Positions 46,884-60,260 of a stretch of DNA of 64,000 bases are shown here, one piece after another. The notes beneath the pieces were generated by a model that made no database searches, had not been told where the DNA came from, and saw nothing but the letters and a program-made list of their open reading frames with translations. Within the stretch, counting starts at the first letter, position 1. Each line of letters begins with the position of its first letter. Position numbers and translations under genes: made by a program. The stretch is from Sminthopsis crassicaudata. Its lineage: Eukaryota. The stretch lies in NCBI RefSeq assembly GCF_048593235.1, contig NC_133620.1, positions 372,153,261 through 372,217,260 on the forward strand, written 5' to 3'.

Positions 46884-48074
46884 TTCACTGAAATTCTACT
46901 TTAACTCTTTAACAAAGTTTCCTTGTTACTCACGCTTCTGGGTCAGAGAGACTTTTCCACTGAGATCTGGATCAGAGACTTTTCCAGTGGAATCAGGATC
47001 TTGTTGGTCTGAGTGTCTCTGTTCGGGCGCCAAATTGTGAAAGTCTGGGCTAGTTCCTCTGAAGGGCTCAGAATAAGTCCTTGTCAGCATAAGCAAAAGT
47101 CCTTTCCCCACGTTGTGGGCACCAATTTGTAAAGGTCCTGTTGTCTCTCAATTGTAATCCTTCTCTGGGAGGAGGTTTCTTTCCTCTGTGAATCTTTTTC
47201 TCTGTACTCTTCTTCCCCTCCAAAAGTATGGGATTGCTGGACTTGCAAATCCACAGGACGTCTTCCCCTTGACCCAATTCAGAACTGACTCTCCAGACTC
47301 TAACTTCTTCTTTTATCCTCCCAGAGAATGGGCGTGGAATAATTCAGGGGCTTGTGGGAAAAATACTTCAACCAATGAACTTGCTCCTCTTAAACATGTA
47401 AACTCTTCCCCAGAAGTCCAAAGGGGTAAACTCCCCTTAAAGGCCGGAACCAAAGGTGTGGACTAAAGAATTGTTAAGATCAGTTTCTGGAGACAACAGA
47501 ACATTACACTTATGGATCCATGATCTTGAAAATCTCTGGAGTTGGCTTTTTAGTAAATACTTGGAACTGAAATATCTTCCACAGTATTACTTTGGAAAAC
47601 TTTTTCAATTATAGAATTATAATTGCCTAAAGGATGGCAACTGTGTTTTATAGATTTTTGTAATCCCTCCTTTTTTTGCACATGATAGGTGTACATTTTT
47701 TTTGTGGATTGTTGGAATGAATAAATTTGTAATTTCCACATCAAGCCAAATTGCTATTAATTTTGGTGTGTTCTTGATATTGGTAATTGCTTTTTTTTTC
47801 CTTTCTGTAATTTTTAAAATACCATATAAAACAAGCATTATAGAACAGAAAAGGATTGTATATGGAAAGGCAAATCTATATTATGTTGAATTTGCTTTAA
47901 AAATACAATTAATTCCACATTTAACATTCAAAGCTATCTTGCTAATTTATGACTCTTAACCTTTTTCTTCTTTTTTCCGCCTCCTCTTCCTCTTCCTTTC
48001 CCCCTATTCCTACCTTCCCAGTCCCTTTCTCTTCCTCATCTAAAGTGTGGGGGGGAAACTCTTTAAAACAAATT

Positions 48075-48212
48075 GGCATGTGCTGTGGATAGAGCACCAG
48101 CCCTGAGTTCAGGAGGACCTGAGCTCAAATCTGGTCTCAGACACTTAACACTTCCTAGCTGTTTGACTCTGGGCAAGTTACTTAACCCCAGCCTCAGAAA
48201 AACAAACAAAAT
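48075..48212 (+). mobile_element. WSINE1-like SINE
   Basis: Near-consensus body with an A-rich tail. Confidence 0.88.
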
Positions 48213-49489
48213 TTGATAAAGCAAAACAAATTCCCATGCTGCCAATGTAGTAAAATGTATAGCTCATTCTGCATCTTGAATCCAAAACCTCAGAAACTAA
48301 GTAACATGAAAACTCATTGGTATGATGGAAATGTGATTGATCATTTCAATGATGATAATTCTTTCAAGTTGTTTTTCTTTTTACATTTTTATTTTAAAAC
48401 TTGTTTTGGTTCTGCTCATTTTAATCACCATCAATTCTCATAAGTCTTCTTAGATCTGTGTCCTTTGTGCTCTTTCTTATGGTGGCACAATAATATTCTA
48501 TAAGCATTCATATAACTAATATTTGATCAGCTGTTCTCCAATTGATAGGTGTCACCTTAGTTCCTAGTACTTTGTCACTACAAAAAGAGTTGCTATATTT
48601 TTAGACCTATAGGTGTTATTGCTTTCATACTGCTCTATGCCCTTTCTGTAATACTCACCTACAAAAGCATATCTGAGCCTTGCCTTTTAGTAAATTTAAG
48701 CTAAAAAATAAGACCCACAGGCTTCTAGTTTTATCTATATAATTTCTATGTAGGAAAAGGCACTTTACAAAGGCTTTTTGGGGGGGATTATTTTTTGGCA
48801 TAATCATTGGATCTCAAACCTTCTGGCTGATTTACATTGTCCATCTATTTATTTTCTTTCACCTGGGTATTTCCCTTAAGGCAAATGTCTATTTCTGACT
48901 ATTGATGTGCTCACGAAAACAGGTGAATACTCTCTTGCTTATTTTCTACCCTTAGTGATATCAGACTTTGAAATAGGGAAAGACTTTATTTGATCTAACC
49001 TCTCTCCTGACCTCCAGATTTATCTGGTTTATACTCAACATGTCCAAAATGGATTTTTTTTTTTTTTCTCTTCCTAACTTCCTCATCATGGTCAAGAGCA
49101 CCACTATTTTTTCAGTCACTTGGTATCAACTGTAATCCCTCACTTTCTCTCACTTTACTCATTTCCCCATATATAATCTGTTGCTAAATCCCATCTCTTC
49201 TACCTTCATATTATCTTTGTATACATCACCTTCTCTACACTACCACCATCTTGATGTAAGCCCTCTAACTTTATACCTAGACCACTGCACTAGCATCTAG
49301 CTGGTTTCTCTCTCTCAAATCCAGCTTTCATTCAGCTACAGAAGTGATCTTCTCAAAGTACAGATCTGACCAAATCACAGTGTCTCCCCCTCCACTACCA
49401 TTCAATAAATTCCATTCCCTTTCTATCAATGGGATTGACTTTAGCCCTTGCCTTGTTTGACCTAATGCAAGATTTTGATTTCATGAAAC

Positions 49490-50810
49490 TTATTTTTAAT
49501 TTTTATTTTCAAAACATATGAAGTTTTCAACTTTTACCCTTGTAAAACCTAACGTTCCAAATTGTTCTCCCTCTCACCCCCACCTTCTCCCCTAGATAGT
49601 AAGTAATCCAATATATGTTAAACGTGTGCAATTCTTTTATGCATATTTCCACAATTATCTTACTGCACAAGAAAAATCAGATCAGAAAAGAAAAAATGAA
49701 AAAGAAAACAAAATGCAAGAAAATAAAAAAGTAAAAATACTATGTTGTGATCCATACTCAGTTCCCACAGTCCCCTCTCTGGGTACAGATGGTTCTCTCC
49801 ATCACAAGAGCATTGGAACCACCCTCAAACAAATCGATATTGAAAAGAGCCCCAGCCAACAGAAGTGATCATTGTATTATTTTCTTGTTTCTATGTACAA
49901 TGTTCTCTTGGTTCTAGTTGATGTAAATTGTGTACCCTTTAAACTTTTTTGGGGGGGGCCCTAAACCTGTGTCCCCTTTAATCTGTGAAAGAAGGGTGAT
50001 CTTCAGTCTCAAGCTCTCCCCTGACAGGGTCACACCCTTCTGTCCACAAAGGAAACTCCCTAGATAAGTACTCTCTTTTCAATTAGAGATCTCATAGTCA
50101 ATAGTCCTCTGCTGAGTGGCTCAAACTCCCAGTTAAGTGATCTCATTCAATTGGAGATCCCCTCCTGAGGCTCAAACTGCTCCCCAGCCTCCTGACCAAG
50201 ATTTACCTGAGAGAATCAAGGGTTTGTCAACCTATGTTTGCAGCCCTAAACAGGATTATGCTTTTCTGTGTAACACACCTTTGCTCACTCCCTGCCCACT
50301 AAGAGGGCTGACTTCCCAGCAAGCTGTCTTCTTAGGGGGAATACTTTTTTTTTAACCATAGATTTCTGGTTTGCGAATTGTTTCGCTCAGGACTGTGGTT
50401 CTGACCAGAGGAGATCTCCACCCAATTCTCCCGCCTCATCATATTCACTTCACTCAGCATCAGTTCTTGTCAGGCTCTCCAGGCCTCTCGGGAATCATCC
50501 TGCTGGTCGTTTCCTACACAACAATCATGTTCCGTCCCATTCATAGACCACAATGTATTCAAGCCCTCCTCCGACTGATGGGCAACCCCTCCGTTTCCAG
50601 TTTCTTGACACTACAAGAAGGGCTGCCACCAACCTTTTTTTTGGGGGGGGGCACAGGTGTGGGTCCCTTTCCCTCCATTAAGATCGATGTCTTTGGGATG
50701 TGATCCCAGTAGGAATGCTGCTGGGTCACAGGGTGTGCTAAGCTTGATGTCCCTTCGGACATAATTCCAAACTGCTCTCCAGAGTGGCTGGATCCATTTC
50801 ATGAAAGATT
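49490..50810 (-). mobile_element. L1 3' fragment interrupted by an LTR remnant (about 49920-50340)
   Basis: L1 3' UTR at 49490-49920 and ORF2 end at 50440-50810 are collinear. The intervening sequence resembles the solo LTR at 10334-10853 in the opposite orientation. Confidence 0.7.
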
Positions 50811-51176
50811 TTAATTAGCTGATGCTTTGGAACAGCCAGATATAACTGGGAAAACCCCCAAATGATGGAAATACACATTCTTTATCATCTTCCTTATATG
50901 TTGTGGCTCTTTGTGATACAAACAAGCAGCTCCTGCAACCGATCGGAAACACTTTGTCATAGGACACTGAAACCCCATCTCTGACAACTCTGAACTAAAC
51001 TGTTATACAGCAGCTCACTTCTAGAAAAGATCATCCTGCTTTGGCTTGAAAGTAAAAATCTCCAAAAAATGCCAGGATATGCGCAAATGCTCAGGTCCTC
51101 AAATCCCAGCCTTTCCGGGTGCTCCTTAAGAGTACTTTCCTTCTGACTGAATTTATGGTCGCCGGGCGTCCTGAGC

Positions 51177-51195
51177 GTGCTGCCCCCTAGCGGAC
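51177..51195 (-). promoter_or_regulatory. CTCF-like motif
   Basis: Minus strand TGTCCGCTAGGGGGCAGCA closely fits the CTCF consensus CC(A/G)(C/G)(C/T)AG(A/G)(G/T)GGC(A/G). Confidence 0.6.
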
Positions 51196-51555
51196 ACTGC
51201 TCATCGCCTTAGATCTGGGCAGCCATGTGTTTGTGGGGCCTCTGCTCCGGAGGCTCCGTAGGGGGCTAATGGTAAAGGCAGACTCGTTAACTACTACTGT
51301 GAGCACCGGCTAGGCCTTTTAAGAAGTCACAGGACCGCCCTTCGTGGAAGGCGCGGTGGAGACGCCCTGACTTCTCTGGGACTTTCCTCATATGGTCGCC
51401 ACCTTTGATTAGATAGGCAGGTACCGTTACTAGTGACCTCCTCAAGATGGTGGCCCAGCCAGGCCTCTGCATCACTTCCGGCCTCACTGACGTATAAAAG
51501 GAACAGAATTTCCGGTTTCGCTCTTTTCCGGCGGTGAAGATCTCCACGCGCTAAG

Positions 51556-52980
<1,425 letters not shown>

Positions 52981-53018
52981 TGACTGATTCAAGATGAATG
53001 AGAAATTGTAAAAAAAAA

Positions 53019-53024
53019 AATAAA
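53019..53024 (+). terminator. RPS27: RPS27 polyadenylation signal
   Basis: AATAAA 38 nt after the stop codon, followed by a GU/U-rich tract. Confidence 0.8.
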
Positions 53025-53098
53025 ACAATTTTGATAGCAGTTTTGTTCACTGTCTTGCTTTTTAATGTTGTGAGGATGGACCTATCAAAAATGTTAAG

Positions 53099-53244
53099 GA
53101 GCAGCTAGGTGGTGCAGTGGATAGAGCACCAGTCTTGAAACCAGGAGGATCTCAGTTCAAATTTGATCTTACACACTTAACGCTTCCTGGCTGTGTGACC
53201 CTGGGCAAGTCACTTAACCACAATTGTCTGGGAGGGGGGGAAGT
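53099..53244 (+). mobile_element. WSINE1-like SINE between the RPS27 and NUP210L 3' ends
   Basis: Full-length body. 10-bp TSD aaatgttaag at 53089-53098 and 53245-53254. Confidence 0.9.
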
Positions 53245-53458
53245 AAATGTTAAGTTTTAAAAGGCAGTGGCATCCTTTCCCATTTGTGCACTAGATCTCA
53301 TGTCTTTATTACTAGAATAATTAAATATATTATGCAAATCTTTTTAACATTGTCTTACTAGATTCATAAAGCTATCTATAAAATAGAAATGGAAGTAGAT
53401 TTGAGGGGAGCAGGAGATTAAGCCAACAGGAGAAAGCATTAATAGCAGTTTTGATCTC

Positions 53459-53464
53459 TTTATT
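53459..53464 (-). terminator. NUP210L: Candidate NUP210L polyadenylation signal (second candidate at 53305-53310)
   Basis: AATAAA on the minus strand about 105 nt after the stop codon. Confidence 0.6.
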
Positions 53465-53569
53465 TGGAGTTTTTACTATTGCCTCTGGATGAGAGCCAGG
53501 CAGGTGATGCTTGGGCTAAGTTGTAATGCTCCCAACTCTAAATGTAACCAGGCCTTTTCCAGATGTAAA

Positions 53570-56500
53570 TTAATGTCTCACACTCCATAACCAGTACTGC
53601 AGCCTGCTTGGGGCAAGTGGAGGTGGTGGATTCCCAAATGGAGAATTTGAACAAGGATAAGAATAACCTAGAAAGAGAAAAGATGACAACTGAAGGGCAT
53701 GATTTTTGAAGAAGTTAGTTATCCTAGAAACTATTTTTACCTGACTGTGCTCCTGGAGTTGGAACATACACAACTGGAACTGTCTGTACCCTGCTGAGGA
53801 AGGCATTGTATGCTGGAAGAATTAAAAAGAAGTGAGTAAATTTTAGTAAATTCATTTTTAATACACATGACTCATGTTGGGAAAAACCATGGGAGATTTA
53901 AAAAAAAACCCAGCATGTATTGATTTACATTCAACCTCCTAAGTTCTAGAGTCAATAGATTTTAAATGATAGTTGGGTACTGGGAGAAGAGATGGCAGCC
54001 TGTGATTTTAGGCAAACAATCTTAAATTAGAAGGACATTTTAATGGGTTTTGATGTTAACATATAAATAAGGGTTTTTAGTTTTATTTCCGATTTTCACT
54101 GATGGGGATTCTTTAATGTGCTCTACTTTAGGTAACCAAAAATGCTTAATACATTAAATTTTTGGTCTAAAAAGTATAATCTGGGATTTCCCAATTATGC
54201 CTTGATCCACCCAAGATGAATGAAAAAACATTTATGAAATATACTTGCTATGTGCCAGGGAGCTTCAAAGAGGCACTTGTATCGTATTGCTTATTACCTT
54301 GGGGAAGTGAGAGGAGAAAAAAATTTGGAACACAAGGTTTTGCAAAAACGAAATGCTGAAAACTATCTTTGGATGTATTTGGAAAAGGACTTAAAAATTA
54401 AAAAAAAAAACCAATCTGTCATCAAAAATGTTTATTGTCAGACCCTGTGCTGACATAGGGATGCAAAGAAAAGCAAAGAACTCCCTGGCTTCCAGGGGCT
54501 CAAAGTAAAGTAGTTTAGCCCCGAATCTGGAAGACCTGAATCTGTCTTCTGGACTCAAAAGGTACTCACTGCTATTCTGCCTCTGTTTCTGTATGTCGTA
54601 GGTACTTTAGAAAATTCTTGAACATACTCTTAGGAAGTTGCTTCAGTACATAGGTCTAAAGCAGATAATCTTAATTCCAGTTTTTGAGTATGACAAAGCT
54701 ATTAATTCCACAAAAGATCCACTCTCAATAAACAGGGACAAGACTATATGTGGGTAGTAGAGGAAAGCAAAAATCTTCCAGTTCCATGTCCCCCAGAATA
54801 CAGCCAGTGCTTTATGTGAGGTATTTGACCCTAAGCTAATTGAACTAAACATGTTCTAGGAAACAGCATTATCTCTGCCCTCCTCTCCACCAGTCAGGGA
54901 TATATCTCTCTTCCATAAACTTGATATAATTTTCTTTTCAAGGCAATTGGGGTTAAGTGACTTACCCCAGGGTCATACACCTAGTACACGATAAGTATCT
55001 GAGGCTGGATTTAAACAGGTCCTCCTGATTTCAGGGCCCATGCTCTATCCATGTACAATCTAGCTGCCCCCAAATTTGACTATTTTCAAATAATCTGAAT
55101 GAGGAATAAAACAGTAAGGTTTAATTCATTGATTTAACTCACCTAGGAAGATGACAGCTGTTGATGCAAGAACAGCAAACATGGTAAAGAGAAGCATTTG
55201 ATAAGACTCAATCAGCTGCTGTACAACACCTGAATCTTCACATTGATCTAAATGTTTTGAAGGAATAAATATCAGATTTTTAAAAATGAAACCTGTTACC
55301 TAGTAAATGGTGTTTGTGTTTAAGGTGTACAAAAACATTGTTGAACTTAAGCTTTGCTTTCACTAGTTTCAGATCTGGTTTGAAAACCAAATAAGTGAAA
55401 AGAGTGGATCTCCCTCAGCACATTAATGCACAGTAACTTCTGTAAGTTAACCTAATTGATCCATTCTAAAAGACAAATGTCCATTCCTTAGTAACTAGGG
55501 TAAGGTGGCATGAGAATGTGTGTGAGTACAATTCTAGAAACATTGAATCTGACGTGGGAAACACTATTAGATATTTAGGGGAATACAAAAATAAGTAAAA
55601 TGGACTCTGACTTCCCTGGTTATTTGCCCTCCCTGTCCCTTTTTTTTTTTTTCTATCTGAACCTATTCCTGACTAATGAGGCCAACTCAACTAGGTTAAT
55701 TCCCTGTCCTTGGAAAGCTGGGCTTTGGTTCTGGCTATAGAACCATCTCAATCAGACTCCTGAGGTGAATACTATAAGGGAAAGAGAAAGCTTCTTCTGG
55801 GTGCTTTGTTGTTCAGTCGTTTCAGTTGTGGGATCTTTGTAACCCAATTTGGGTTTTTTTGGGGGGTTTTTTGGTTTGGTTTTGTTTGGCAAAGATATTG
55901 AGGTCCTTTGCCATTTCTTTCTGCTCATTTTAAAGATGAGGAATTGGAAACAAACAGGATTAAGGGACTTGTGTGAGGGTCACACAACTACTAAGTGTTG
56001 AAGGCCAAACTGAACTCAGGTTTTACTGATTTTAGGCCCAGCACTCCATTTTACCTTAAAATAAATAACATATAAAAAGACATAAGGATTTATGTCAGGC
56101 AAGTAAGTAGGATAACAAAATGAATCTGGGTGGGGCTAGAGGAGGCAGCCAATAAAATTATAAGTGAAGGAAGGCTACCTGGATATCATGAGCCTTATTG
56201 CTTATATGGGGTTTGAAGGCAGGGTGATGTTTCATGAAGTGCTGGGTTATCACTGTGGCCTCTGGACAGCTTTCCTTTTATTTGAAGTGGCAATAACCTG
56301 TTCCCACCTGCAGTGGGATTGCTTTTGCTGAATGATACGGAAATTTTGGCCTCAGCTGCTTTAAAAAGAGGAGTTTCATGAAGAGTGTGGGAAATTACCA
56401 CCCATGCTGGACTTCTCTATCACTGCCCTCACTGGCACAGCCTCTCTCTGGCCTGTCAGCACACAGGAGATGTTGATGAAGACTAGGGCTGCCATCTGCT

Positions 56501-59500
56501 GGAGTGATGTAAAGTTGACAACCTGAACTGGGTAGATGGCCAAACCCGGAATGAGGGATGATCTCTTATGGGGAGACACGACCAGGACTGGGGAGCTTGG
56601 GAAGACCTAGAAGAGAAAAATAAAGTAGCTCTTGTTTGAAGGGGAAATATCTCATGTTCCAATCTTCTTCACACCCCAGCAGTGCAGGGAGGAGGATCCT
56701 AAGGAGTCCCAGGAGCCAGCTCTGGCTCAATAACAGACTAAAAACTGTTTTCTAGCATGTAAAAAGGGAACACTTATTCTGAATTTGTTCTTAGTTGTTC
56801 ACTGTACTGAGGAGAGTAACAAATCACATTTGTAGTATGAAAAATACTTTTACACCAAGTCTGGGAGGAATGAGGTATTAACCCAGTTTTACATGAAAGG
56901 AAACTGAGGCACAGAATATAGGTGACTTAGCAATGGTCAGAAAACTAGAAACTAGTGATGTTAAAATCCTGGTCACTAACCCTCCTTGCCTCTGGATTGA
57001 ACACTTGATGAATACAGAATGAACATGAGTTTTTTTCCCCCCCAACAGAATTCGAGCTGGACAAAAGGCCTTCAATTTCCCATGAATAGGACTTAGCCAG
57101 ATAAAAAGAATAAGAGTTTTGAAAAGCTTTGACTCCTGATACCTCACACTCCAAAATGAAACAAAATCCCCTCACCCAAACCCCAAAAGGATGAAGTACA
57201 AAGATGAAGTCCAGCACTACTTATAAAACACCAGGATTAAGCTATGGAAAGAACTATAGAAATAAGCTAATAAAGGCAACAAACAAGATTACCTTATAAA
57301 GGTGGAGTTCTTAACCTGAGGTCCATGGACCCTTTGGGTTTCATTTCAGAGGGTCTGTTAACTTGGGTGGGAAAAAATGATATCTTTATTTTGATTAACT
57401 TTTAGCATTTCCTTCAGTTATGAATGTAGGTTACAAACCATTACTCTAATCAGAGGCTTCATGAAGCTGACAAAAGGATCTATTTCAAAAAGAAAGAATT
57501 CCTGTTCTAGAGACATCCTATCATTAAAATTTAACTTTTCTTAGGGAACTAATGCAATTTTATAGGCATAAGAATTATTCCCAATTGATAAAAAGCCAAA
57601 TGACTATGAAAATACAGTTTTCAGAGGAAGAAATCCAAGCTATTAATTATAAAAATTATCTAAATCGCTAAAAATTAGAGAAAGGCAAATTAAAACAATG
57701 TTGAGGTTTCACTTTATACCCTTTAAATATCAAAACTGTCAAAAAAAGAAAATGACAAATGTTCTAGAGGAGCCATGAAATGTCTGATCACTCTGGAAAG
57801 CAACTTGGAAGCGACTTGGATCCAGTGCTACTATTTACTATAGGTATACCCCAAAGAGATCAAAGAAAGGAGGATCCACTTGTACAAAAAACATTTATAG
57901 TGGTCCTTTTTTGAGATGGCAGATTTACAAACGGAGGGGAGGGGTACCCATCAACTGGGGAGTAACTGAACAAATTATGATGTATGTGATTATGGTATAT
58001 GGAATGTGATAAAATACTTATGTGCCACGGAAAATGGAAGGGGATAGCATTCCAAATAAACTAGCAAAGAATTACAAGAACTGATATAGAATTAAATGAG
58101 TAGAACTAAGAGGACAATTTATTTAACATTATAATAAAGATAAATGACTTTTAAAGTCTTAAGGACTTATCAATACAACAATCAACCATAATATGTTACC
58201 ACTATGCTATTCATTCACGAGTGAATATAGTTCAATGTGGAAATTTTTTTGCTTGACTATATATGTCTATAACGGGGTTTTGTTTTGTTTTATTTTCTTT
58301 CTTTCTTTCTTTTTTTCCTGAGGCTGGGGTTAAGTGACTTGCCCAGGGTCACACAGCTAGGAAGTATTAAGTATCCGAGACCAGATTTGAACTCGGGTCC
58401 ACCTAGCTGCCCCCTTGTTTTGTTTTCTGAAGAGAGAGGCAGGGGAAGTCAAGGAGATAGGAAAAAGAAGGTTGACCTTCATTTGAAAAAAATAATTAAA
58501 AATTTTAGCAATTAGAGAATGACTTGATTCTTATAAATTTGACTAGGTTCTATACATATGAGAAATAAGGCCTTTATAAGAGATACTTGCTATAAAAGTT
58601 ATTTCTCAGATTTTTGCTTTCCTTCTAATCTTGATTACATGTGCTTTGCTTCTGTAAAACCTTTTAAATTTAATATAATCAATCCCATTCTTTCCATTAT
58701 AGTTAGCTGATGGGAATCAATGTGTAACAAAGGATAGTGGAAGTGATATAAAAGGAGTAAGGACATGCTGGGGAATGTAAAAGAGAAGAAGTGGAAGAAG
58801 TGGGGTGGGGTATTAGACTAAGCATGGTATCTGAATATTTTATAGAAGGAACTTTATATGTACTACTGATACAAATAGGTTACCTAATCTACTTTTCTCT
58901 CCTTTTGTAAAATGGGAAGAATAATTCCTGTCTTCATTTATGTGGTGAAAGATTGAAGAAGGAAGACCCAGTCTATCGCAATGTTTGCAAGATTGAAAAG
59001 AAACACATTTTTTTTTTTTAATTAAACAATTTTAAATGGCTCCAAAGTGCTGATTGTAATAGATTGTTGAGGCTTGTGATTATTAGAAGTATCATGTGAT
59101 ATTGCTCAGAGAATGAAAGCTAAAGAATATTTAATGCAGTGTTTGAAATGAATTTCAAAAATCTTAGCAAAAATTCTGGTAAATTCTAAGCTTTGTGTAC
59201 CAGTAATGAACCAGCAATGGAAAAACTCTCTAAAGTCCATCTCATTCATGCCTTCCTTTGCCTTCAGGTATTATTCTGGCTAAAAAACTATAGGATGATA
59301 CAAGGCTAACCCACTCAAAGACCCTCCTCTAAGGAGGAACAGACAATTTCTCTTCAGTAAATACAAGGAAGGGAACTCTTTCTGTTTAACCTTAACTACT
59401 CTAATTCAGTTTTGTCCCGATCTCTCTGAAGATGAAGAGATGAAGAACAATCAGTTCACTACTGTTTTCAGCTTAAGAACCTTAATTTCCTCAGGTTTCT

Positions 59501-60260
59501 CATATCTGAGAAGAAATGTATTTTTTAGCATTTCTTTCCAACCCTTTAAAAACATCTACATGTCTATAGTAGACTATGTGGACAGCTATATACTATGGAG
59601 GATAGAATAGTGGTCTGGAGGCAGGGAGACCCAACTTCTCAAGTTCAAATCTGTTCATTTACTTACTAGCTGTGTGACCCTGAGCAAATCATTCAACCTT
59701 GTTTACCTCAGTTTCCTCATCTGTAAAATGAGTTAGAGAAAAAAATGGCTAATTGCTTTAGTATCTCTACCAAGCAAACCCCAAATAGGGTCATAAAGTC
59801 ACACATGAGTGAAAACCACAAAACAATATAGTTGAGACTTCCCATTTTTACTTCCTTATATCCTTAAGTTGCAGATCCTAGAACAAGATGCAGGATTCCA
59901 AAACAGAAAGTTGTGATTTTCACGAATCCCTTTTGCCATCTGCACTAAGAATATAGGCCTTATTTTTTAAACTTATATTTCCTTCTTTTCAGCTCATCCT
60001 AAAACGTACCTCCAGTTTCTCTAACACTCTGTCCACTCCCAGAACCCTTATCTCTCCGATCTCTTGTTTGCTGCTAAGAATCAGTTCTGTCTGGTTGATG
60101 TAAAATGCAGGGATGAAGGGAATGAGGATCCTTTGCATGCCACTCTTGCTACGCTCGCTGATGAGTGTGGCCCACCCATAGACAGAAGTGTCAGCCACAC
60201 TCAGGGCCTGAAGAAGCTCCTCAGACTGGGGCCGGACCGTGATTAGGCAGACATAAACCC
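53570..60260 (-). CDS. NUP210L: Nuclear pore membrane glycoprotein 210-like, last five coding exons (5'-partial): 60260-60010, 56606-56399, 55247-55143, 53812-53741, 53667-53570
   Basis: GT-AG introns with consistent phases. Translation VRPQSEELLQALSVADTSVYGWATL..., FINISCVLTGQ, TM YQMLLFTMFAVLASTAVIFL and C-terminus SRLQYWLWSVRH match recalled mammalian NUP210L. Synteny with RPS27. Confidence 0.95.
54930..55071 (-). mobile_element. WSINE1-like SINE
   Basis: Reverse-complement match to the other copies. Confidence 0.8.
57300..57510. mobile_element. Old hAT-Charlie-like MER element
   Basis: Begins ggagttcttaacctgaggtccatggaccc, typical of Charlie-family MITE ends. Diverged. Confidence 0.5.
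57560..58300 (+). mobile_element. Older L1 3' fragment
   Basis: Homologous to the L1 ORF2-end segments at 10250-11340. Confidence 0.65.
58311..58413 (-). mobile_element. WSINE1-like SINE with an internal deletion
   Basis: Both SINE ends are present, with about 40 bp missing between gaactcgggt and ccacctagctgcccc. Confidence 0.8.
59600..59840 (+). mobile_element. MAR1/MIR-type SINE
   Basis: CORE sequence agctgtgtgaccctgagcaaatca...ctcagtttcctcatctgtaaaatgag and a MAR-like 3' end gggtcataaagtcacacatg. Confidence 0.75.

Larger units (their letters stand above)
44216..47508 (-). mobile_element. Defective class II (betaretrovirus-like) ERV. 5' LTR 47508-47128, PBS1 47124-47106, second U5-like end 47105-47036, PBS2 47032-47015, disrupted gag, IN C-terminal remnant, PPT 44690-44674, 3' LTR 44673-44216
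   Basis: Perfect 6-bp TSD cttatg at 44210-44215 and 47509-47514. PBS2 tggcgcccgaacagagac is 17/18 to the tRNA-Lys3 complement. PPT aaaaagaaagagggaga precedes TG. Gag motifs present. Confidence 0.95.
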
